64,000 bases of DNA from Antedon mediterranea (lineage: Eukaryota; Animalia; Echinodermata). The stretch covers positions 30,690,001 through 30,754,000 of the forward strand of contig NC_092674.1 in assembly GCF_964355755.1 (NCBI RefSeq). Reading direction: 5' to 3'. Positions within the stretch are counted from its first letter, which is position 1, and the number at the start of each line of letters is the position of its first letter. The position numbers were made by a program, and so were the translations under genes. Shown in pieces: positions 13,601 through 25,671 of the stretch. Under the pieces are notes generated by a model. The model ran no database searches, was not told the origin of the DNA, and was given only the letters and a program-made list of their open reading frames with translations.

Positions 13601-15507
13601 GCTTTAACTACAACACCTGAATCTACAACCCCGATAGTGACAACTTTAGTGGAAACGACGCCGTTAAAGACGACAGCTTTAACTACAACACCTGAATCTA
13701 CAACCCCGATAGTGACAACTTTAGTGGAAACGACGCCGTTAAAGACGACAGCTTTAACTACAACACCTGAATCTACAACCCCGATAGTGACAAATTTAGT
13801 GGAAACGACGCCGTTAAAGACGACAGCTTCAACTATGTCAACACCTGAATCTACAACCCCGATAGTGACAACTGTAGTGGAAACGACGCCGTTAAAGACG
13901 ACAGCTTTAACTACAACACCTGAATCTACAACCCCGATAGTGACAACTTTAGTGGAAACGACGTCGTTAAAGACGACAGCTTTAACTACAACACCTGAAT
14001 CTACAACCCCGATAGTGACAACTTTAGTGGAAACGACGCCGTTAAAGACGACAGCTTTAACAACAACACATGTTACTACTTTGAAGATCACAACTGCAGA
14101 CTTAGGTAGGTAGGCCTACTCTTAAACTGATCACTTGCGCGTATTTTAATTTTCGCGTGTATTTCTCAGTTTTCAGTTTTCATGTCTGGCAGTATACATA
14201 CAGTCATGAACTTAGCCGATACAGAGACTCTGTAGTACCCATCTAATATAATTATCTGGATTTACAGTGTTTGGGAAGTTTATATTTATGTTTATATTTT
14301 ATAATATACAGTATATTATTCCTCTCAAGTTAATTCGTTGTTTGGTGACGTTTGACAACGAAATTGTAATAGACAGGTATGATCAGAATTTCTCCGAAAT
14401 GCAAGATTATAATTAAGTGTAGTGTTTGCTTACTTTGATCATTTCCTTTCAGGTTCAACGGAAGTAACAACCTTTGACCCAACAACAAGTGTGAATGACG
14501 AAAACAATCGTAAGTTACTCCTAATACTCATAGTACTATTTTCTTCTTTATCAAGAACGTACGTACTAGAGGTGTGACAATTATGGGTGGTAATTACCCG
14601 GTAGTTTTATTTATTTATTTATTTTTTATTTTATATATTTAGGCAAATTGCCAAGGATAACCATAAGCAAATTCAATCACTATCCTTCTTAAAGGTGGCA
14701 ATCCGTTCACGAGACAAACATATACACACAATGCTCTACATAAACAAAGTCTTTATTACAAGTCTTTGGGAGTGGAGTTGTAAATTGTCATTAGAAAAAA
14801 TCCTGACATATGACAGGACTTGAACCCAGGACCCTTGGATTGGCAGCCAAGCATCATAACCACCAGGCCACAACTCCACTCCAGTACCTTATTTCAGACG
14901 GGAAGGGCGACAACCAGAAGCATATTATGATATTTATACTAAGGAATTAAACCTAGGACGTAACTGAAGTGAATTACGTCATTTGCCCAAGTCGTCCAGG
15001 TCTGTGACTCACATGAACCTAGAATCTACAAGATTAGGTCCGACGACGAAATCAAAATAAACCTAAGTTGAAGAAGTAGCATATCAGCACAGCTTATATA
15101 GATGTATAATCTATACTTTTCAGCGTCAACAAATTATGAGTCTCCCATCGTTTTAAACTATAATCATGGAGGAATTATTTCTAATTATTATAATGTAATT
15201 CGTATACACAATTGTATTTGTTTCTTTTAATGTAGAACCGATGCGGTTTTTTCTCGCTTTAATGGTTTTTGGTGAAGTACAGTCCACACGTTGCTTTACA
15301 CAACACAATCTACAAGCATTAACTATCGATTATATAAAAACAGCAAGCAGGGTTCGTTGTAGTAAGTTCTGCGTCTCACTTAGTGAATGCACTGTTGTTC
15401 AATATCAGCTAAACACGTTGCATTGTTATGCTTTAAGGAACGGTGCTAAATCAGCACAGTATCAACAAAACCATCATTCATCATGTGTCATGTATGATTT
15501 AAGTTGA
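10693..15507 (+). CDS. Secreted C-type lectin with Thr-rich mucin stalk and C-terminal PAN/apple-like domain (6 exons)
   Basis: Exons 10693-10741 (signal peptide MFCFLITTLLFANVNA), 11304-11564 and 12668-12796 (CTLD: C..WSLFERSCY, WIGL, QPD, WND, CEK), ~13482-14105 (7 x 75-bp repeat PESTTPIVTTLVETTPLKTTALTTT), 14453-14509, 15236-15507 (RCSKFC..ECTVVQY...HCY). All introns are phase 1 GT-AG. Confidence 0.85.
11841..12318. mobile_element. Foldback-type non-autonomous element with long imperfect inverted repeats
   Basis: CCAGTAATCTCTTCTCATGCGGTGACGTCA...CTGCACAC...ATCTTATACTCATT at the left is mirrored by AATGAGTATAAGAT...GTGTGCAG...TGACGTCACCGCATGTGAAGATATTACTGG at the right. Confidence 0.75.
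12914..13150. repeat. 47-bp minisatellite, 5 copies
   Basis: Unit TTAGTGTCTTTGTCTGTGTGGTTAAGTACGGTATCTTATTCATTTGC. Confidence 0.95.
14755..14883 (-). mobile_element. tRNA-derived SINE head
   Basis: Minus strand reads TGGCCTGGTGG (A-box-like) ... GGGTTCAAGTCC (B-box). A second copy lies at ~48314-48441. Confidence 0.7.
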
Positions 15508-15749
15508 TTAATCAAAATGTTGATTAGGTTGATTCAGCAAAATGTAAATATAATTGAATATAAATTATTTTCTTTATATAGTCTAATAATAACTAGTTAG
15601 TCTTAATCAACAATTAAAAGTTGGTTGTACATACACACTACTGCACCTGTACGTAAAATATTTGACTTTTCAAAATTTATAAAGTTTATAGACTCGTAGT
15701 ATTGCCAGGAAATTTCACTATAGTACAGAGATTTTTTCAAAAAATGGGC

Positions 15750-16260
15750 AAAAGAGACACTCTTGTGTTGTCCTTTGGCAGGGGGTTACTCAAGTCCAAC
15801 TGTTTTCGAGACATGCTACCTCCTTGCCGCGGGCAGAAGAGAACCCTTAGGTCTAATACAACTAGTACCGGAAGTCTCCTTCCCCCCAGGTGTAAAACTG
15901 AACGATACCAAAGGTCTGCCATACCTACGATTGTTAAGTTCATTAATGCTAACTGATATAGGTTTGATTTCCATGATTATTTCTCACTTTCTAGATGCCG
16001 TTTCGACCTTTTATTATAATAATTTTAATAATGTATATATTAATAATAATCTTAAATAATAATAATAATAATGACGTGCTCAATTTTATGAACGAATAAT
16101 ATTGTATTTTGTGTTTTATAATATATAGTTATTTTTCTATGCTGTTTGTAATTGTGCCTCTTTTACTTTTAATTATATATGTATATTGATTGTAAACAAA
16201 CGTTATCAGCCAATGGCTGCTGTTTTTTATGTGTTTTTAAACCTAAATAAATAAATAAAT
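15750..16260 (+). mobile_element. 3' end of a non-LTR retrotransposon (LINE ORF2 C-terminus plus tail)
   Basis: ORF 15702-15956 ends ...LLPPRCKTERYQRSAIPTIVKFIN*, resembling ORF2 C-termini of L2/CR1-group LINEs. It is followed by an AT-rich UTR and (AAAT)n at ~16245-16260. Confidence 0.65.
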
Positions 16261-16339
16261 TAAAAAAATACCCAGTTTTAAAAATTCAATAATTATGCGA
16301 TAATAATGCCATATATGCACTTATATTGTGTTATAATAT

Positions 16340-17325
16340 AGAGCCATAGTAACTAGTTATGGCAAAAAATAAAAAGGTCGAAATTTGCTTATTTTCGGAA
16401 AATTTTCCCTGTACAGGTTTTTTTTTCGAAAAATGGTTAAAATATCCACTTTTTAAAATATATGTATGTATGTATGTAAAAAAATAAAAAGATCGAAAAT
16501 CGGTCATTTTTCGAAAATTTCCCTGTACTATTATAGTACAGGGAAATTTGCCGATGGCCGACTTTCAACCCTTTTATTTTTTGTCATAAATGGTTACTAC
16601 AGCATAATAAACATGCGCAGAGTCGAAAAATGTCAATTGTGCTATCCATATTGACATAAATGGCACAATTGACATGCGCAGAACCCATTATTTGACTCTG
16701 CGCATGTTTATTATTTGACATAAATGGTCAAAAGTGGTTACTGTAGCACAATTGACATGCGCAGAACCCATTGTTCGTCTCTGCGCATGTTTATTATGCA
16801 ATAGTAACCATTTATGTCAAAAAATAAAAGGGTCGAAAATCGGCAATTTTTCGAAAATTTCCGTGTACTAGACTGTACAGGGATTTTTTCAAACAAATTT
16901 TCGACCTTTTTATTTTTCGATAAAACTGGTTACTATAGCACAATTACCATGCGCAGAACCCATTAGTCGACTCTGCGCATGTTTATTATGCTATAGTAAC
17001 CATTTATTTCAAATAATAAACTGCGAATAATGGGTTCAGCGCATGTCAATTGTGCTATCATAACCAGTTTTATCGAAAAATAAAAAGGTCAAAAATTTGC
17101 CATTTTTGGAAAAATTCCTGTACTAAAGTACAGGGAAATTTTCGAAAAATGGCCGATTTTCGACCCTTTTATTTTTTGACATAAATGGTTATTATTGCAT
17201 AATAAACATGCGAAGAGACGAATAATGGTTTCTGCGCATGTTAATTGTGCTATAGTAATCAGTTTTGACATAAATGGTTACTATAGCATAATAAACATGC
17301 GCAGAGGCGAATAATGGGTTCTGCC
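16340..17325. repeat. Nested palindromic array (~650-bp inverted repeat built from smaller hairpins)
   Basis: 16676-16965 is approximately the reverse complement of 17025-17325. A perfect hairpin AAATTTCCCTGTACTA-TTA-TAGTACAGGGAAATTT lies at 16515-16549, and CATGCGCAGA...TCTGCGCATG hairpins recur. Confidence 0.85.
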
Positions 17326-17770
17326 CAAAAATATGGATTGGGATTGACTCTCTTTCATATATTGTTTAAAGTCAGAATTGTTTACATTTGGTATTTTGTT
17401 TGCTAATTCATTTACAATGTTGGAGAAGAAGTCATTAAAAGCGTCAGACATACCTTTTTGGATCACATACCAAAGTTTTATTACTATTTTGGCCTAACAC
17501 TCGATTTTTTTTCTATTTAGAACTTCATTTAAAACTTTCCATGTTTGCTTTGAAACGCTTTGAGTTGACGTTTGAATTTGGTGGTCGATACAACATACCT
17601 ACAATAGTATTTTTGCCGTTTGTCTTTACTATTTCTAGAAAAAGTGAATCAATGGAGTTATCATTAAATACAAAATCATCACGTGTTACGGTGTTGATTT
17701 GTTCTTTTAAATATAGACAAACTCCACCACCGACTCTACCTTCTCTATTACAAGTGTACATTGTATCCTA
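17325..17770 (-). mobile_element. Internally deleted LINE ORF2 fragment (APE endonuclease plus linker)
   Basis: 17525-17761 encodes NREGRVGGGVCLYLK...DSLFLEI...IVGMLYRPPNS, typical of APE-type LINE endonucleases. 17281-17466 encodes SDAFNDFFSNI..LANKIP, the linker motif preceding the RT. Confidence 0.85.
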
Positions 17771-17881
17771 TTCATAGGTAAAGTTGACTTGTATCTTGTA
17801 TCGGAACTATATTGATTGAGAGGGTTTCTTGCACCAAATCACTTCTTCATAGGTAAAGTTGACTTGTATCTTGTATGGGAA

Positions 17882-20051
17882 CTATGTTGATTGAGAGGGT
17901 TTCTTGCACCAAATCACTTTTTCATAGGTGGTATTTCTCTGCGGCTTTGGTGGAACAGGTGGCAGACGGGACCTCTTCTTCTTATCGCGCGCTGACGTCA
18001 CTTCCACATTGCCATACAAACTTTCATCTATTTCACTGTATATATTATCATGGTCATCAGTTTGATTAACACATATATTTATTTTGTTTTTACTGACATC
18101 GATGTACATTGGACTCCCCATAATCTGACAACTAAATAAAGAAATATTAATTTTGTGTCTACCGTTAAATAAACAATGGTATTTAAAGCTGTAAGTGCCA
18201 GAATCATTGTCTGTGATTATTGCTTTCACAGTGGACCCATTTGGCTCTTCAATCTCGCTTGTAAATACGTCTCCGCCAATCGAACATTTTAAATTGTTTT
18301 TATCGATAGCTTGTATATTTACCCTGATTTCTCTTCCAGCAATGTCCAACGTTGCATATGATAGACTGGCCACTGTAGTGGTTCGTTTTATGACTCCTAA
18401 GTTTGAGAAAACCTTCGGAATCTGTTTAATGTAGAAATCCGTTGTATTAACAGACTCTTGTAAGTTTTCGTTGAATGGTGTTACGTCACCAACCCTGAAC
18501 TGGATGCTACCATTATCTATCGGTTCTTCATTTGCAGCTTTTGTGAAGTCACACTGATCGTCAACGGTTTGTAATGACGTCACAATATCAATATCATCTC
18601 CGTATTGGTTAACGCACTTTAAGAATTCTGATTTTTGGTTGTTTACGTGTATTTCTTTTTTGGTAGATTCACCATCGATATCAAATGCTTTGATCTTGAT
18701 GTCCACAGCGTCCATGAGTTGTTTATGAAGTGCTGCCTCTCGTTCTCCGACACATCCTCTTATCTCGTCAAAAAATCTTGTCATGTTTTCTGCTGTTTTA
18801 ATATATGAATTCAATAGACGAGAGTGTTCATATTTTATATGTTTTTCCCGCGTTTTAAGTATATCCACCTTATTTTGTAATTGCAATTGCTTATTGACCA
18901 ATTCTTCGCGAATCTCTTTTGATGCGGCGTAAATCTCCACTACAAAAGGTTTATGATCTGAATGGTCTGTTTCAGAGCACTTGGTACAAGCTGGTTGCTG
19001 ACATAGTCTGCAGAAATGTGTCAGTACAGTGTCGGAACATTCACATAGGCCTACGCTAGGTCGATTAACATTTGGGTAGATACCTTTTTCTTTCATATCG
19101 TCAAGAGAGCGCGATTTATGATGTAAATTTAACCGTAAACGGTCATGCGCAGTAATACATTCTTCGCAATAAAATTGAGGATACTCGCACTTCTGACAGT
19201 ACGCTGATGCAGTTTCTTCAATACAGTTTTGACACTCTATAGAAAAGTCTTTTCCATTAATAAAATTCACAACTTTTTGTGAAAATGATAAATCTTTAAG
19301 GAAGAATACATCTTTTGTATTTGTTTCGTCAAATGGCACAAAACACACTGGACATTCTGACGTTGATCCTTTATTAGCAGCAGCTATTTCTTGTATGCAA
19401 TTGTAGCATATTGTGTGTAAACAGCAAAGGTACTGTGGAAGCTGCAAAACAATACACAGTTATTATGATAAGATCATTGGGTAGTTTACGGTGGTATGCC
19501 TCGATTGTGAGGTTAACCAAAAACAAAAATGAAGTAAGCGAACCCAGAGAATATAGTCTAAATATATAGATATTGGTAAAAAAGACATTTTTTGGCACAC
19601 ATTGTGTTATATACAAATCTAGTTTCCAGACAAAAATTAAAAGGCCGACTTAATGTGGACTAACATGCCTATTCATAAATAAGACAATCTAGAGTCTTGG
19701 GACAAGTCTAAGAAAAATAATATAAATCCATATTGTTAGTATTGTAATAAAAGTAGGCCTACAGTTGTGATAATTATATATTTGGTTTGATGAGGTTGGA
19801 GTGAGTGTGATTGATATTTAGTACTGGCCTACTACTGTAGTACGGCGTCTAGTGGAAGGGGTGACGTGAGCCTGGTGTCAAGTAGACTTCAATCAAGGCG
19901 TAGGCCTATACGAATTATCCGATTTTCTTTTCTACGGTTAGAATTGAAGAAACTATGTTATTACCTGTTTCTTTGTACTGAATGTTAATTCCGTTTTACA
20001 TTTTCCACAGTAAAGCTGAGGCACGGGCCCTGTAGTCTCTGGGGCTGCCAT
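17882..20051 (-). CDS. TRIM-family E3 ligase: RING, two B-boxes, coiled coil, filamin/Ig repeat (TRIM45-like architecture, no NHL), 2 exons
   Basis: Exon 1 20051-19965 (MAAPETTGPVPQLYCGKC...KKQ) is in phase 0 with exon 2 19441-17882 (LCCLHTICYNC...CPVC; CQNC..YCQKC..YCEEC..AH; HFCRLCQQPACTKC..DHSDH; GGDVF..EI..P.G...ITDNDSGTY.F.Y....GRHKI.I....IMGSP). Confidence 0.85.
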
Positions 20052-21031
20052 TTCTACTTATTGGTGCCGATTAAAAAAAACACCAACCGTCGTCACATTA
20101 TCGATTTAAAAATACATTGTTACTTCCTTGTTTGTACATCACTGATTTCATTCATTATAAAAGGATTGGGGACGACTCGGGTATTGTGAGTGAGCAGCGA
20201 GTCAATAAACTGTTATTGAAACTAAACATAAATCAATCTAGTTAGTACTTATGCGTAATATAATTGTGATTTATAGTGTTTGCATAGATAAAGTAAAACA
20301 ATTATTTCCTTTGTATTGCACAAGTGCAGAATCTCGACGTACCGTACCGTATGTCAGCATCCAGAACGACAATGGATGTGGCATAAGAGCATGTAAACAT
20401 ACTGATTTTCCGGCATACGCAATTCGCGCGCATGCCCGTTTTAGGTCCCTTTCTAAAGTTTCGAAACAAAATTTGAAAAATAGTTGTTTAACAATTATAT
20501 ATATACAATTTAGTATTTTCTGAAAGATGTATCATGTTTATTAGAATGACTATCTGGTATTTTCAACAAGATTCACATTCGCACCACTTTACGACTGAGA
20601 ATGATCCATCGCTTCGTCATTGGTCAAATTACGCGCGACGCGCTTGTGACCGTCCAATGGGAACAAAGCTTCATTTGTAGATAAACGACACCGAGTAAAT
20701 GATATACTTGATCTAATAACACATTATACAAGTCTGTTATGTTGTTGAAACTCAATATCTTTAATTGTTATGAAAGGAGTAAAATGATAGTTGACGTTTG
20801 ATATGATTTTTTTAATCAATTTTGGTTTGTTATACAATGTGGAAGATAGTTTACATTTGAAATATATATTGATTATATTATTAAATTATATTGTATTCGA
20901 TGCTATTATTAAATACATCACATCAACATGGTTTTGTATGTTTGTATATTTTCCTGCATTGTAATGCTTTCTTAAAGATCAATGCGAATTTTGCTAGCGG
21001 CATAAACCGAATCGTTAGCTTAGTTGGCAGG

Positions 21032-24000
21032 ATGTTACACGTATTTATAACCGTACTTGTGTTGATACATTCAGCAAATACGGGTAATGTATTGTTTTGT
21101 ATTAGTTTTAATTTTTTTTCATTGTACTGCTGCAGTGCTAATATATTGATCTGTTCCATGTATTGACCTATTAACTTCGCTCTAGGTCATGAATAATATT
21201 GTTCCATGATGTTTTATGATTTTCCATACTTCAATCTTTTTTGTTATATGCTTCTAAATAACTTCCGAATAACGTTACGTTACGTTTGCCATTAAAGCTT
21301 GGTTCCCACTAGAACGCAACGCAACGTCGTATTGACGCAAAGTGCTGTATTGGTAAGCACAAGTGTGAACCGAAGATGCAACAATTATTGGAAGGGTATT
21401 TTTCTTACGTTGTGTAGGTCGCTAAAGCGTGGTTCCCACTAGCGACGCAACGCAAGGACGTAACGCAACGCAAGTGAATTGACCAATCACAAGCGATGGC
21501 TTATTCGCTTGTGATTGCTAACTGTCTATAACTTCGCTTGTCATTGGTTAAAACGCTTGCGTTGCGTTTACGTCCTTGCGTTACGTTCTAGTGGGAACCA
21601 AGCTTTAGTAAGAACCAAGCTTTAGTTTCGAGCACCTCACGTCGCGACGCACATCAAGTAACGTAACGTTAAAATGTGCATTACGCCAATGATTAGCCAG
21701 ATCATCAACGTCTTCAAAAGTTCAGTATTTGACGTCATGTTTCCGTACTATTAAGCCTACGTATAATTGAAACTCAACTTATCTACCTGTATTACAGGCG
21801 AATGTCCCGTTTCATGGAGTTTGTTTGGAAGTAATTGCTACAAATTCTTTAACTTGATGATTAAGTGGGAAGAAGCTGTCGACAATTGTAAATCATACCA
21901 AGCTCATCTTGTAACAATCTCATCAGCCGCAGAAAATGAATTTGTTCGTAACTTAACTGGAAATTCCACGGCATATGGTACTTGGATTGGATATAAGGAT
22001 ACATTTAAAAACAATTATTGGCAATGGATCACGGGCGAACCTAGGTTATTTGAAGGTTGTTCAACTTTTGTTTAGCTAATTTTTTCGTCAAGCATTTACC
22101 CTTTTTTCATCCGGTTAGGGCTTTAAAGATATATAAGAGTGATGATAAAATTACAAAAATAAATTAAGTATATTACATGGCGATTACATACGTGTGTAGG
22201 CCAAGAGGCAATGAGTTGTATATAACTCAACTCGGTTCATATTAGCCTATAAGGGGTTCTCGGCTAGCGAGAACTTTGTCTAATCCCAGCAAGCGTAATG
22301 TACTCCCTAAAATCATGGTATGATAAATATTAATGTATTTATTTTGACAGATTGGTATCAGCATATGCCAGACAATTTTGAAGAACAATGCGCAGAATAT
22401 TCCCGCCAGTACAATAATTTTTGGAATGACTTGTCTTGTGAGGATGGGGAAAGAAGTTGGATTTGTGAAATATCAGGTAAGTCTTATCGACAATTGAACT
22501 GAAATATTTTTAAATCATACTGGGTTCTCTTCAGTCAGAAGACTGGTCTCCCAGAGGGCCCAGTTATGATCAGTGGCTGTGTATATATTAGTACACCGGG
22601 GTAACCCCCCTACTTGTCTCGAAAGATGTACTAGGTTCTTTAAAGTGTACATGAGCTAGATGTGTAGACTGGACCTACGGTTTATAGTTCTTATTCGAGA
22701 AGACTTGTTCTACCATATTCGATTAAATGAGCGAACATACTTTCTGTACATATAATATTCTTGTTGCTTGTTTTTGCAAACATACAGTATACTCTATAAC
22801 TAAAAAATGTATTGTAGATGGAGAAGTATCCTATATATAAAAGCTTAGAGTTTGTGAATTTTGTTGGTATGGATGAAGTTTTTTCCAAAATAACTAAATT
22901 GAATTGAATAAATGCTTAGATATAAACGTTAACTAAAGTTGTCCATTATGATAATTAAAGGTGTAAATTTGACAGAAAAAGAAATGAAATAATATAAAAA
23001 CTATTTACTTGACAAAATATTACTTTTTAAATAACAAATTCAATAGACACAAATTCGAGCATGATAAACGTAACAACAACGTTGGAGCCGACCTCGAGCA
23101 TAATGAACATAACGTTGGATCCGACCTCGAGGGTAATGAACATAACGTCGGAGCCGACCTCAAGCATGATGAACGTAACGTCGGAGCCGACCTCGAGTGT
23201 AATGAACATAACGTCGGAGCCGACCTCGAGCGTAATGAACATACCGCTGGAGCCGACCTCGAGCGTAATGAACATAACGTTGGAGCCGACCTCGAGCATG
23301 ATGAACATAACGTTGGAGCCGACCTCGAGCATAATGAACGTAACGTCGGAGCCGACATCGAGCATAATGAACATAACGTCGGAGCCGACCTTGAGCGTAA
23401 TGAACGTAACGTTGGAGCCGACCTCGAGTATAATGAACATAACTTTGGAGCCGACCTCGAGTGTAATGAACGTAATGTCGGTGCCGACCTCGAGCATAAT
23501 GAACATAACGTTGGAGCCGACCTCGAGCGTAATGAACATAACGTTGGAGCCAACCTCGAGCATAATGAGCATAGCGTTGGAGCCGACCTCGAGTGTAATG
23601 AACATAACGTTGGAGCCGACCTCGAGCATAATGAACATAACGTCGGAGCTGACCTCGAGCATAATGAACATAACGTTGGAGCCGACCTCGAGCGTGATAA
23701 ACGTAACGTTGGAGCCGACCTCGAGCGTAATGAACATAACGTTGGAGCCGACCTCGAGCGTGATAAACGTAACGTTGGAGCAGACCTCGAGCGTAATGAA
23801 CATAATGTTGGAGCCGACCTCGAGCGTAATGGACGTAATACCAACGTTGGAGCCGACCTCGAGCGTAATGGACGTAACACCAACGTTGGAGCCGACCTCG
23901 AGCGTAATAGACGTAACACCAACGTTGAAGCCGACCTCGAGCGTAACGAACATACCGTTGGAGCCAACCTCGAGCGCAATGGACGTAACACAAACGTTGG

Positions 24001-24099
24001 AGCCGACCTCGAGCGCAATGGACGTAACACCAACGTTGGAGCCGACCTCGAGCGCAATGGACGTAACATCAACGTTGGAGCCGACCTCGAGCGCAAAAA
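21032..24099 (+). CDS. Secreted C-type lectin with long N/O-glycosylated tandem-repeat stalk (terminal exon uncertain, possibly 24543-24613)
   Basis: Exons 21032-21083 (signal peptide MLHVFITVLVLIHSANT), 21798-22055 and 22351-22476 (CTLD: CPVSWSLFGSNCY, WIG, MPD, WND, WICE), 23047-24099 (33/36-bp repeats LEPTSSVMNIT). Same phase-1 exon layout as the lectin at 10693. Confidence 0.8.
21296..21621. mobile_element. Nested Harbinger MITEs (family A copy 21426-21604 inside a diverged relative)
   Basis: Outer left TIR AGCTTGGTTCCCACTAG at 21296. The outer right TIR is split (GTCGCTA...GTAAGAACCAAGCT) by a complete family-A copy. Confidence 0.8.
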
Positions 24100-24228
24100 G
24101 TAAAAATAATTACACTTTGTTTTATAAAGAACACACTTTGAAACAGAAATTAACAAAAAATAATAACGAAATAAAACAAATTAAAGCTGGATGGTTCAGC
24201 TCAACAAACTATGATTATCTTTTATTAT

Positions 24229-24385
24229 GTTTGGTTGCCGCTAGAGACGCAGCACAAGGACGTAACGCAACGCAAGTGAATTGACCAAACACAAGCAATG
24301 GATTATTCGAACTGTCGCTTGCCATTGGTTAACACGCTTGCGGTGCGTTTACGTCCTTGCGTTACGTTCTAGTGGGAACCAAGCT
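24229..24385. mobile_element. Diverged family A MITE
   Basis: CAAGGACGTAACGCAACGCAAGTGAATTGACCAA...GTTCTAGTGGGAACCAAGCT|TAA matches the other family A copies. Confidence 0.8.
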
Positions 24386-25671
24386 TAAGTACGGTACTGT
24401 ATATCTTGAGCATACTATTTATAAGTTAGCGATTTATGATTTTTATTAGATGTCTACAGATTGCAGATAACTAATGATTATATAATTATAATGACGAATG
24501 TCTCATACAGTAATTAAATGTAGTTTTATCCTTCCTATGTAGAAATCATCAAATCTACGTTATACGTTTGTTTAAAACAAGGGAAATGGAAGGTGGCAAG
24601 ACTTGAACACTAACGGAGTAGTTCTCCCACCATGTACGCAACTGAAGGAAGCGCATCGTATGCGAGTTGACCAATCACACACAAGCAATCGGATGATCAA
24701 TCATGTCGTGATTAACAGATTACTGTACGCACGGCGTAATGGTTGCGCTTAATCAGATACCAAGATGAGAGAGGATAACCATACAAGGTATATAGACATT
24801 GTTTCCGTAGGCTAGAGGTCCTCGAAGGAAAATCCTTTGTTTTGAGTTGTGTTTACATCCTTGCGTTGAGTCATGAAATTAGATTAAATGTAAAAAAAGT
24901 ACAGCCTAAAAAATGACCGGAATAAGTATAGTTTGTACAAATTTTCCTTCAAACATTTTAATGAAACTCTACACAACGTGATTTACCGTGCCTCGAACAT
25001 GTTTATTCCCATTTGTTTGTATTTACACAATTCCACTTCACAGAAGTGTAATCAATGGTCGGCTTTTTATTTCATCAATGAAACACTACAAAATTAACAC
25101 GAGAAGCAGAAAGGATTTTTTCATGGAAAAAAAAAATACAAACAGACCCTATCAATGTTTTTATCAAAATAGCACCAAAAATGGTAGTAAATTCACCATG
25201 AAATCACCTCTTATTGATTTAAAATTACGCAAATAAATTCTATAAAAAGTGCGCCTGCATTGCCACTCATAAAATATTTAGAGGTTTTAAAACTTTACTG
25301 GCTTTGTATACTATACAAATGTACAAACAATTATTTAAATTTCAGATAGTATAAGAAAAATAATGGTAACATGGTTATATAATGGTAATTTACAGAATAG
25401 CGCACTTACAGAAAACCATCGCTATTTTCTTAAACCTCAACCATGGAGGTATAAACATGCCTCAACCATGTGCAAATGGAAATTTGTGGGTAGATAAATC
25501 AGCTTGTTGAATAAACTCTGTTAAATAAACTATTTTCTTCAACAATAAATGTAAAAAGATGTTTTCGTTGTGTGATCACAAAACTATAACCCCCATAATT
25601 ACTTACATATTTAACCCATCATAAAGGGAATAGAAATCACTCAAGCACAAAATAAGAGCATCTTTTTTTTT

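Noticed and set aside
13501-14091. Val-rich antisense ORF
   Set aside because: Antisense shadow of the Thr-rich mucin repeat.
14790-14883. Functional tRNA gene
   Set aside because: Acceptor stem does not pair and it recurs with shared flanks at ~48.3 kb, so it is a SINE head.
22520-22715. CTGAAGA on the minus strand as a third hammerhead; repeat-like segment
   Set aside because: No stem II or GAAA follows. The region looks like a decayed interspersed repeat that I cannot classify.
23009-24156. Four alternative long ORFs overlapping the lectin repeat exon
   Set aside because: The 33-bp unit happens to lack stops in most frames. Only the LEPTSS frame matches the phase-1 splice from the CTLD exon.
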